This document shows positions 38,344-49,286 of a stretch of 64,000 nt of DNA, in pieces. The translations under genes were made by a program, and so were the position numbers. The notes beneath the pieces were generated by a model. It did not search any database, was not told where the DNA came from, and worked only from the letters and a program-made list of their open reading frames with translations. Within the stretch, counting starts at the first letter, position 1. Each line of letters starts with the position of its first letter. Source of the DNA: Octopus sinensis (taxonomy: Eukaryota); assembly GCF_006345805.1 (NCBI RefSeq), contig NC_043021.1:14508001-14572000 (forward strand), read 5' to 3'.

Positions 38344-38346
<3 letters not shown>
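38229..38346. mobile_element. 118 bp (TA)n-embedded repeat; inverted second copy at 47084-47202
   Basis: Two copies about 90% identical; terminal TCACGTGATCACGTGA palindrome. Confidence 0.8.
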
Positions 38347-38384
<38 letters not shown>

Positions 38385-39330
38385 GTAAATGTAATATGTG
38401 ACAATTATTCGGTAGTCATGATAAAACTCCGAGTTTCGGATGCCGAGGTGGAAATCCACGCCGCCGAGTTTTATCATGGCTACCGAATAATTGTCACATA
38501 TTACATTTACAGATAAATTCCTCTATTTACATAATATCGAGGTCTCTTTCTTTCATTTGTTGTCTTACCATTTTTATCAATATATATATATAGATATCTT
38601 TTACTTGTTTCAGTCATTAGACTGCAGCCATACTGTGGTATATACATATATAGGGTGTCCCCTACAAAAATGTATACACACTTTGAATAACTGTAAAAGG
38701 AATATTTATTAAAATGCGCATCCTTTTCTGAAAATACAATGATCTAGAGACATTATTTAATTGCATTTAACACCCACCCACCCCAAATGTGTACATAATT
38801 TAAGCGATGCATATAAAGGTAGATTTAATTAAAATACCTTTTTTTAGAGATTATGTTATCGTCTGTTCCCAAACTGATGTCTGTTCTTGACCAGATCATC
38901 ATCATCATCATCATCATTTAACGTCCGTTCTCCATGCTAGCATGGGTTGGACAGTTCGACCGGGGATCTGGGAAGCCAGAAGGCTGCACCAGGCTCCAGT
39001 CTTATCTGGCAATGTTTCTACAGCTGGATGCCCTTCCTAACGCCAACCACTCCGTGAGTGTAGTGGGTGCTTTTTACGTGCCACCTGCACATTGTTGACA
39101 ATATAAAACAATGGAATTGCAATCAACAGGTAACATTTCATTAGGTATTTGAGTGTTTTCTCATTCAATGGCAGCTCTCAGTTCAGCCACTGTTGCTGGG
39201 TTTGTGGCACACACTTTATCTTTTAAGTATCTCCATCAAAAACAAAAGTCTAAAGGGGTGACGTCTGGTGAATGAGGAGGGGTTATTTTACAAACCCTCT
39301 TCTTCTAATCCACCTGTTTGGCAAGATCTC

Positions 39331-39956
39331 ATTAACCCTTTAGCATTCAAATTTCTCTAATCAATGTAATCCTTATTCATTCACAATGTTCTGAATTAAT
39401 CATGTTCTGTCTTCTCACTTTGAGATGTCAATGGTGTGATTGTTTATCTTTTGAATAACATTGTAGATAATACAGGTAGATTATTGTAGTAAAAATTAAT
39501 ATTAATTAAATTAATATCAATTTAAACCAGTGGCCTAGCATATTTAAAAAGGATCTGATGATTCAGAAAAACTATATTACATACATATAAGAGGAATGAC
39601 CACTAGGTGGACTCCTAATATGCTAGAGGTAGAGCCCATATGGTCTGACCTCTGAGGGAAATTGTTCTCAAGAAAATTCGGCAAATGCCAAAATGTAAGG
39701 CGAGCAAGACAAATGAAAAGATACAAAAATTGGTGATAAGTCACCTACCCAGGTTTCATTGTTACCATTTACAATTACGTAAATGTCCGCAAACCTTCAG
39801 TGTGACCATCAAAAATATAATTGACAGAACTATAGATGAGATGTCCTCACAAGAGAAAACATACATATAGGGTCTATTTCTAGCATATTAGGAGTCCACC
39901 TTATAGGTAGATTATCGTAGCCGGATATGGCCGGTTTAATTGCTAAAAGGTTATGG
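39331..39956. mobile_element. Second piggyBac-like TTAA MITE family; other copies at about 44795-45190 (two) and 49953-50325
   Basis: TTAACCCTTT.AGCATT..AAA ... GCTAAAAGGTTA ends; inserted at a TTAA in the transposase (YL|NEILPNRW). Confidence 0.7.
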
Positions 39957-40339
39957 TTGGATCATACATCGCAATGATAGTGTGGTGGTGCTCCATCTTG
40001 CTGAGGATAAAATAAAATTCCTCATCTTCAAAGACTTCCCTAATGCTTAGCACAACTGACTGTTGCAACATGTTCAATTAAATGGGACCAGTCACAGTAG
40101 AATCAAAAAGGAATGGTCCAATTAACCCTCTTGAAATAATGGCACACCACGCTGTAACTCCTGGTCAATTAACTTCATATTCCACCTTAATGGATTTTCA
40201 GGCCCCCAGTACATGTAACTGTGATGGTTAACTGAAGCAGTTAATTTAAATTTAACCTCATTGCCCCACGCAACTTTTGCTGGAAACTGTGGGTCTTCTA
40301 AGCATTTTGCCAAACACCATTCACAATATTATATATATA

Positions 40340-40815
40340 ATATATAATGAAATTATTGTATACAGTGCTCAGGTGCACCACAACTTGTCAGGAGTGCATA
40401 TAAAGTACATGCAGTAATGGAGAAATGTCTAGAAAGTGAACAGTGTATGAGTCAGATACATGCTTGTGTGTGTATGGAGGGGAGAAAATCAAGTGTAGTG
40501 TTGGCGAATCTCAGGAAGCATGGAAGTTTTGAAGGATGCAGTGCTCCGACAACTAACAACCGATGCCGGCAGTTTGTTCCATGCTTCAGCAACTCTCAGC
40601 GTGAAAAAATGTTTCCTGAAGTCATGGGAGCTGTGCTGTTTTCTTACTTTGTAAATATGTCCACGGGTGTTAGATGGGTGGAGTTTGAAGAGGTGCTCAG
40701 AGTTATTGTTTGTGCGATGGTTGATAATTTTATGGGTGTCTGCCAAGTCAGTTGCCAGACGTCGGAGCTTCAATGTGTCCATGCCCAGGGAAGCAAGGCG
40801 TTCAGGATATGGCAA
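40340..40815 (-). mobile_element. CR1-group LINE 3' end nested in the Tc1/mariner transposon
   Basis: LPYPERLASLGMDTLKLRRL...EIRQHYT*; same family as the 34.7 and 63.3 kb copies. Confidence 0.9.
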
Positions 40816-41914
40816 TTCCGTTCTTCTGTCTGAATCTTCTTTATCAACAGCATGGACTAACATTGCGATATAACTTTTCCAATGGTAGCACTTCAAAATG
40901 CGATGGACAGACGTTTTTAAAATCCCTACATCATAGCTTGCTTGCCACACACATTTTCTCAAACTTCTTTGAAAACTTTGCATTACTCTTTCTAACTTTC
41001 TGAGGCAAATTGATGTCTGTGGTCTTCTGGAACGGTTCCTGTACAGTTCCATCAGATTCGAATTTATTCTTGGTTCAATACACAGATGGTTACATGTGCA
41101 GGTGGACCTGATTGCAACTCTGTTCTATACTAGTCTTTGGGCTTCAACTGTGTTTTCATACTTCCAGTAGCATTTTAGAATGAATTTCCTTTGTTTAAAG
41201 CCAAGTTTTGATGCCATTATTAATTGTAATCGGTGAAATCTGAAAAGAAAGAAAAATTGTATACAATTTTATGGGACACTCTGTATATATATATATATAT
41301 ATATATGTATACATACATAAATAAATATATATATATATATAATGTCAAGTGCACATGTACACACACACACAGTCAATCCAAACATGAACAAGCAAGAAAA
41401 TACAATGCGAGACATAATATTCTGGAAAGAAGATACACATCGTTATCAAGAAATCCAGAGAGGTGTGAAGAATTCAATACAGGCAGTAAAGTATGTATTA
41501 TGTATATTTGATTTTGTTCTGAAATTACTCAGACTGCGACTCTTAGTTCCACATTTATCGATTTTCAAGCTATCAATGCTATAAACAAAACAATTTTGCA
41601 TATATACCCAAGATAAATTGTAGAAACTTTTCAGTAAGTATGTTTATGACATAAATTGATAATTAAATAACCATATCAAATGATTAGGATATCAAAGTAC
41701 TTGATATATATTTGGAATGTTATATTGTAAAGTAGTCATTCATACAACTATAATGATCTTTTTTTTTCATTCATGTTAATGTATATGTGTGAGAGAGAGA
41801 GAGAGAGAGAGAGAAAGAAGGAAAGCAGGATATATGTGTATATGAATGTATATGTGTGTATATGTATGTATGTATGTATGTATATGTGTGTGTGTGTGTA
41901 TATATATATATATA

Positions 41915-42326
41915 GGCGCAGGAGTGGCTGTGTGGTAAGTAGCTTGCTTACCAACCACATGGTTCCGGGTTCAGTCCCACTGCGTAGCATCTTGGGCAAG
42001 TGTCTTCTGCTATAGCCTCGGGCCGACCAATGCCTTGTGAGTGGATTTGGTAGACGGAAACTGAAAGAAGCCTGTCGTATATATGTATATATATATATAT
42101 ATATGTATGTGTATGTATTTGTGTGTCTGTGTTTGTCCCCCTAGCATTGCTTGACAACTGATGCTGGTATGTTTATATCCCTGTCACTTAGCAGTTCGGC
42201 AAAAGAGACCGATAGAATAAGTACTGGGCTTACAAAGAATAAGTCCCGGGGTCGATTTGCTCGACTAAAGGCGGTGCTCCAGCATGGCCGCAGTCAAACG
42301 ACTGAAACAAGTAAAAGAGTAAGAGT
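41915..42326 (+). mobile_element. tRNA-derived SINE family A (~390 bp, CORE-like segment, internal TA/TG microsatellite)
   Basis: A box TGGCTGTGTGG, B box GGTTCAGTCCC, tail ..CAAGTAAAAGAGTA. Other copies: 266-652 +, 2346-2759 -, 9285-9565 -, 19105-19471 +, 35780-36139 -, 53395-53535 -, 53828-54126 -, 59325-59729 -, plus fragments near 6727, 10690, 18865, 33790, 60170-60860, 61262. Confidence 0.9.
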
Positions 42327-42894
42327 ATATATGTATCTCATCGTCACTATCATTTAATATCCATCTTCCATGCTGGCATGGGTGGGACTGTTTGACTGAA
42401 AACTAGTAAGCTGGGGAGCTGTACCAGGTTCCAATTTAATTTGGCAAGGTTTCTGGGTGCCCTTCCTAACTCCAACCACTCTGAGAGTGTAGTGGATGCT
42501 TTTTACATGCCACCAGCATGGGTGCCAGTCAGACAGCACTGGCATCGTCCATGATTACAATCTCACATATAGGCATTACTAGTTACTTTTATACATTTAT
42601 ATATAATTTGCTTTGTACTTATACCCTTAAGTATATTTATGTGTATACAATAGCTGTAAGTTGACAATTACTTTATATATATATATATATATATATAAAA
42701 AGGAAATGAAGAAAATGCTGACAAAATAATTTAAGTAAGGGAGAGTGTATTTAATTAGGTGAAAGTTCTTTTTACCGGTTGCACATTTGTTATGCTTATC
42801 AAAAGATATTTTTTAAAGAGAGATAGAGTTCCTTTCTGATAGATTTTTTTCTCTTATCTGACTTTATGTTGGGTTTGCTGTCTCTTATATGTGA

Positions 42895-43200
42895 AAAAAG
42901 AGGCTCCAGAGTTGTTTAAGATTTGCTTGGTTTCACGCCTAAAATTTCTTGTGGACAATGGTCAATACAATTTTGATTGGTCATTATAAAGGGGTCACGT
43001 GAATGTTTGAATGGAAGTTGGTGTTGGGGTAAGAAAATAGGCTCCAGAGATGTTAAAATTTGGCTAGTGTCGCGCCTAAAATTTCTTATTGGTCATAATA
43101 AAGAGGTCACGTGGATGTGGTCATAATAGAGAGGTCATGTGAATGTTTAGAATGAATGTTGATGTGGGTGGTGTATGGAGTTTTCGAAAATAGTTGTTGA
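42895..43200. repeat. Degenerate ~140 bp tandem subrepeats downstream of the Penelope ORF, possibly its pseudo-LTR
   Basis: ggctccagag..cgcctaaaatttctt..attggtcat.ataaag.ggtcacgtg occurs twice, with CCAAT-, TATA- and E-box-like motifs. Confidence 0.4.
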
Positions 43201-43664
43201 AAATTCTTATTGTTCAGGCTGGTCAGTAGACGTCATGTGGATATTTTAAATAGCTTTTTAGCACGTAGTTAAGGAGTGTATTTTCCGCTTGACTGAATTT
43301 GAGCTGGATAAGTAAGTTCGTTTAGGACAGGAAGAGCTATATGTATGTATGTGTGCGCGCGCGCGCGTGTGTGTGTGTTTATATGTATGTTGGGGCGCGC
43401 GCGCGTGTATATATGTGTGCGTGTGTGGGTACAATTTTCAATATTTATAGTTCTGCTGGCCTTGTGCCTGTATCGGGAAGCAACATGTTTGTGTGAAGTC
43501 AATATTTACAGTCATTTCCAAAAAATAGTGTTGGATGTTTTGCACCCGTATCAAATTATGTGTATGTGTGGAACCATATATTTGCGTGTGTCATGGTGTT
43601 AATATCTGGGTAAAAGTGTGTGTAGGGTGTGTGCAGGTGTAAGTGTGTTTGTTGTGGGTTCGTG

Positions 43665-44376
43665 TTAGGGGGATGTGTTTAGAAGTGGTCTGTATTTATT
43701 AATAAGGTGGGATTCCATGGTTATTCGCTGGGTATGAGTGGCATTGTCTTTAAATTTGTAGAGGGGAAAGATTCTAAAATTGGGATGAAGTTGTGTGGCA
43801 CAGGTATCAATATGTGCACTAAGTGCTATTTTTCTGTATTCCTGTATTTTTATTTGGGATCTGTGGACAGTCATGCGTTGGCGGAGGCTGTTTTTAGTTT
43901 GGCCTATGTAGTGTTCATTACAGCCCGAGCAAGTTAAGACATATACTAGGTTTTCTGATGCGCATGTGAAGTTGTGTTTTACTGTGAAACGTTGTCCTTG
44001 TTTAAAAAGGAATTCCGGACCTTCTATTAGGTTGATGCATATACCACAGTTGGGTCTATTGCATTTGTTTACTGTGGGTTTAGTTGTTGTGGTTGGCAGT
44101 ACTTTGGCATTTGTTAGGATGGTTTTCAATGATTTGGGTTGCCTTTTGCTCTTTATGATTTCGTGTGTTAGGAGGATTTGGTTCGTTCTATGGTCCTTTT
44201 TTAATACAGGAATGTTCTGGAGGATGGTGTCAAAAGCTTCATTGTTGAGGGGGTTGTGTGTAGAGATGTATGGTAGAGTATGGGGTTTCGATGTAACAGG
44301 TTTAGGGCGTCTAAGTTCCTGTGTGCTGAGTTTTAGGGCGCGTTGGATCCCATTGTCAATTAGTGACGTGGGGTAA
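43665..44376 (-). mobile_element. Penelope-like element 3' fragment: linker, Zn finger and GIY-YIG endonuclease
   Basis: LPYISTHNP..IIKSKRQPKSLKTIL, KCNRPNCGIC, LVYVLTCSGCNEHYIGQT..RQRMTVHRS, MESHLINKYRPLLN; one frameshift upstream. Confidence 0.92.
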
Positions 44377-46194
44377 TCTCTCTTCCATTACTCCTCCTCT
44401 ACCACCTCTTGTCTCTATTAGTCTGTTTCTCTCATTCTTTTGTTTTTCATCCTTTTATCCTGGTTCTTCTGTCTTTCCTTTCTCCTATTCACATTCACAG
44501 TCACATTGCCTTGAACAAACAGAATCAACAGAGTGGACCTTTTAGACTTGCAAGGGATAGAGCAACCCTTGCAGTGCTGGTGCCACACGTTGTAAAGTGG
44601 TTGATAAATGAGTGGAAACAACATCGGTTTGAAAGGACGCTTTAGTCTTGCCAAGGACATGGTTGCCTCTCTAAAGCAGACGCCATGGTAAGAGATATCC
44701 AGCACATTCTGTAAAGCGGATGCTGGAAGGAAGGGCATCCAGCCATAGAAGCCATGCCTGAAATAGAACAAAGAAGCAAAATTGATCCCTGATCTATTGA
44801 ATCCTTTCGCATTCGGATCACTTTGTTAAATGTAATGCTTATTGATTCACATTGTTTGGAATTAATAATTCATTATTGCATGGCTTTGAAATTTCATAAA
44901 TTCAATTATTTTTTAGAATGACATTGTAGGGTAGGTGTGAGAGTCTGGCCCTGACCAGTTAAACTCTTAAGCATTCAGATTACTCTATCACATGTAATGC
45001 TTATTTATTCACATTGTTTGGAATTAATCATGCAATTATCTCATAAATCCATGATTTCAATGATGTGGTTATTCATTTTTAGAATGACATTTTTGAGTCA
45101 TTGTGCAAGGCCAGATCTGGTCAGTTTGAACATAAAACATACAGAATATTTTGGCCAGATGTGGCCTGTTCAAATGCCAAAGTGTTAACTCTTTTGATTT
45201 CAGTACACCTAAGACTGCCCCCTAGTTCCCGGATACAACAAATTTACAGTTTTAATACAATCTAAATTATTCAGTTAAAAAGGTAAAAAAGAAATTAAAT
45301 AATCAAAAATCTATGTTACCAAACTTTTGCTACTTCTCTTGAATTCTAGAGTTTTGAAATTGTCTCCTTGAAACAAGCCTAGTTCGTTGCAGTTCTTCTG
45401 AAAGCTTTTCGAGTCTTTTTTCTCTTTTTTTTACAGTAAAAAAATCCATACAACAGGTAATTTTATTGAATGCTAGAGTTTTTGAATTGCTTATATATAT
45501 ATGTATGCATAGAAATATTATTTCTACTCTAGGCACAAGGCCATGAAAATTTTTGTGAAAGGAGGCTAGTCAATTATATCGAACCCAGTACATAACTGGT
45601 ACCTGTTTTATTTACCCTGAAAGGATGAAAGGTAAAATCGACCTTGAACTCAGAACATAGTAGCAGATGAAATATTGCTAAGCATTTCGCCTGGCGTGTT
45701 AACGATTCTGCCATTTCGTGGCCTTTGTTTGCATAGAAATATCAATAGATTATTGTTTTCCTGTAGACCCAGCTGGGGCATGGTATTGAGTGATAAACCT
45801 GACACTTCTACCATCTAGGGTCAGCACCAACACTACCACTGCCATCGCCAATACTACCACCTCCACCTCCACCCCCATCACAAGCACAACTATCGCTGCC
45901 ACCACCACTATCACCACAGCTGCTATCACCACCACCACCACCAACTGTCATAAACACCAATGCAAATACAGGTAGCAAATCCTTCCCCCACCATCATCAC
46001 AAGAACAGCTGTCATCAACACAGCCACCTCCATCACCTCCACCTGTACAAATACTGGTACAACACTCACCACCACCATTTCCCTCACTGCTGCCATAAGC
46101 CCACTGACACCATTGCAACAATGACTACAATTGCCCCCCCCCCTCTTTCCCTCCATCACTGTCATTTTATTATTTAAGCAGACTTATCACACAG

Positions 46195-47007
46195 GATGAG
46201 ACATAGGTCACTACTCTGCGCTGGTCCCAAAAGGCTGTGAGCATCACCTTGCCTGCTGAGGGTTGGACATGAGCCTTCTTTAGAGGTGCTGAGTTGTCAT
46301 GCTTCCATTGCTTCGACTGGACTCAGGATCATAGCGATGGACCCATGTTTCATCCTGTGTGATAAGTCTGCCAAAAAAGTCCTCATTTTCTTGGCATATT
46401 GCCAAAAGAGACTGGGAGCAATTGACTCGTTCCTGCTTCTAAAAAGGTGTGAGCATCTGGGGAATCAACTGCGCAGACAACTTCCTCATGTGCAAAAGGT
46501 CATGAAGGATTTTTTTTCCACAGACCCTACACTTATCTTCATTTCTTGGGCTTGTTGCTGAATAGTTACGCAGTGATCCTCTGAAATGGCAGCTTCCACT
46601 TTGTGGATGGTGGCTGTCATCAATGGCAGAACGTGGTTGTCCAGGAAGAAGAGCAGTTTCCACCAATGTCCAACCACATTGGAACTGGTGGTGGCAGTGC
46701 TTAAGTACATCGTATGATGGTGCATCATCACCATAAGTTTCCTTCATCTCGTTAAGTTCTCTTTTGATGTTCAACCTTTCAAGTATAAGAGCCTGAGCAT
46801 TGATCTGTATCCAGCTGCCTCCATTATAACCCGTTTGTCCACTTTAGCAGTGGTCAAAAAAAAAAAAAAAAAAAAAAACCAAATACAAGGAGAAAGCTAA
46901 AATTTACAACGTGACATGAAGAAACATGTATGCTTATATCCGTACAAGTTCAGTTTCCTGTAATAACCAGAAGTAGGTCAGGAGAAATCTTTAATAAACA
47001 CCCCTCG
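46195..47007 (-). mobile_element. Mariner transposon 5' half
   Basis: TA|CGAGGGGTG left end; TYGDDAPSY, VEAAISED..T, LITQDETWVH.YDPE. Confidence 0.85.
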
Positions 47008-47229
47008 TATATATATATATATATATATAACCCATGCTAGCATGGAAAGCAGACGTTAAACGATGATGATATATATATATATTGGCCTGCTCGCTTAGCC
47101 AGCGGGGTGGCGTCATTCGAAGGCTAAAAAACAATGCGAACGCATTGTGACCAGCGATGCGTAACAACATCTGATGGTGTGGTCGGTCACGTGATCACGT
47201 GATATATATATATAGTATTATTATATATA

Positions 47230-47528
47230 GTCTCTTCGGGTATGTCAATAAAAAAAAAGTCTCACTAGAACATTCCTGGGTCAGCTTACGCACCCTTATG
47301 TGTCCTTCAAATTCGAGAATGAGTAAAATCAAACAAAAATTATTGAACTGGAAAAAATTCAAATACGAACACCGAAAGTATACATTCCGTGTTCATATTT
47401 GAATTTTTTCCGGTTCAATAATTTTTGTTTGATTTTACTCATTCTCGAATTTGATGGACACATAAGGGTGTGTAAGCTGACCCATGAAATCTCTAGCGAG
47501 ACTTTTTTATTGATGTATGTGAAAAGAC
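47230..47528. repeat. ~300 bp fold-back (MITE-like) palindrome
   Basis: Arms about 90% identical around a central GTATAC at 47378-47383. Confidence 0.85.
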
Positions 47529-47618
47529 CCAGAACGACGGGTTGAAACATGTTGTACTCAATAAAATCTATATTACATTCCATCTCCTATCTTATTAATA
47601 CTATTTACCCCAACCGCC

Positions 47619-47662
47619 ACTACAACGTTCCAGCAGTAAATTTATGGATAACATCAGGTAGC
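47619..47662 (-). ncRNA. Degenerate minimal hammerhead
   Basis: GCTAC CTGATGT ... GGAAC GTT GTAGT; stem I and the AACGTT palindrome are kept, with two core substitutions. Confidence 0.5.
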
Positions 47663-47719
47663 CTAAACTGTACCGGTGCTTTACTCATCATCTATTTATA
47701 CATTTTGTATAATTTTTCC

Positions 47720-47757
<38 letters not shown>

Positions 47758-47819
47758 TACAATTGTTTGTTTGTTTTCCACCTGCCTTTGTCTTTTGTCT
47801 ATTTTCATAAAGCTTCCCG

Positions 47820-47854
<35 letters not shown>

Positions 47855-48105
47855 TGCAGGAGTGGCTGTGTGGTAAGTAGCTTGCTTACCAGCCATGTGG
47901 TTCCAGGTTCATTCCCACTGTGTGGCACCCTGGGTAAGTGTCTTCTACTATAGCATCGGTCCGACCAAAGCTTTGGTTGGCCGGACGCTAGAGTAGGAGA
48001 CATTTGCCCAAGATACCACGCAGTGCAACTGAACCTGGAACCATGTGGTTGGTAAGCAAGCTTCTTACCACATAGCCACACCTACGCCTATATTCATATA
48101 TATAT

Positions 48106-48178
<73 letters not shown>

Positions 48179-49248
48179 GCTCTTAATAGATTTCACAATA
48201 ACAAGAAAATCCATTTAGGATTTTTTAGACAAATTCCTCCTCCTCTACTCCCACCACCTCTTCCTCCTCCTTCCGACCCTCAACGTAGTTCTCAGGGAGA
48301 TTCAGTGTCACAACCACCATTACACTCACCATACCACCATGTCACCCAGCACCATTACCACTGACCCCCCCACACACACACACACCTGCCACTGCTACAG
48401 CTGTCACCTCCATCACTACCGCTGCCACCACCATCGCTAAATAGTGCATACAAATCTATATTTGTTTATGGATGGAATTAACACAAAATATAGTTTTATA
48501 TAGTTATTGATCAATGTCATCCTGTCTGGTTAACGACTGTAAACATCGACTAGCTTATTTTTCTATTATTTTATTTACATATGCCTTATGGTTCTTTTGT
48601 CCCTTGTCCATTTAAACCAATTACATTCCCTCAATTTGTTAACACTTGGAATAAATGCCTCATCAGATTGTACACGAAGGCCAGGGTCTCATAGATTGCT
48701 TGTGCAATTCACCGTTCACTGGTCTCTCTATGGAAGATTAACCTCTGTCAATCAGTTTCTGAAAGTGGACGAATGGTTGTAGAACTGGGTTTGAAACAAA
48801 ACAAATATTTACTGGTCTGGTTGGGAAGGTCGCAGTGTCTGTTTGGCAGAGTAAATGACCTGTTAGTGGTAGGCATGGTTGGCTAGTTAAGAAGTTGGCT
48901 TCTCAACCAGTTGGCTTCAGCATCGGTCCCGCTGCATGGCAACTTGAACAGGTTTCCTATACTTCAGCCCTTAATTGGCCAATACGTTGTGAGTGAAGTT
49001 CATGAGCGGAAACTACAAAGCTAATGTGTGTGTGTGTGTGTTTTATTTGTTTCTGTCATTGGGCTGTGGTCATGCTGGAGCACTGCTTTGAAAAATTTAG
49101 TCAAAAGAACCAACCCAATAATTATTTTATTTTTAAAGTTTAGTCCTTATTCTGTCAGTTTTTTTTTTTTTTTTGCTAAGTTATGGGGACATAAACAAAC
49201 CAGCACCAGTTGTTAAGTAGCAGTGGGGACAAACACAAAAATATACCT

Positions 49249-49286
<38 letters not shown>

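Larger units (their letters stand above)
38651..41283 (-). mobile_element. Decayed but complete Tc1/mariner DDxD transposon (maT/rosa-like) with nested insertions
   Basis: TIRs TA|CAGAGTGTCCCATAAAATTGTATAC and TA|TAGGGTGTCCCCTACAAAAATGTATAC. Transposase pieces: KFILKCYWKYEN, HRILK, VNHH..YW..ENP, GLIGPFLF, QQDGAPPH, PPHSPDVTPLDF. Confidence 0.85.

Noticed and set aside
39553-39580. CTGATGA..GAAA hammerhead-like motif on the + strand
   Set aside because: Only 4 nt between the boxes, with no stem II or stem III
45330-45520. Possible hAT transposase C-terminal remnant on the - strand
   Set aside because: Resemblance too weak to support without alignment
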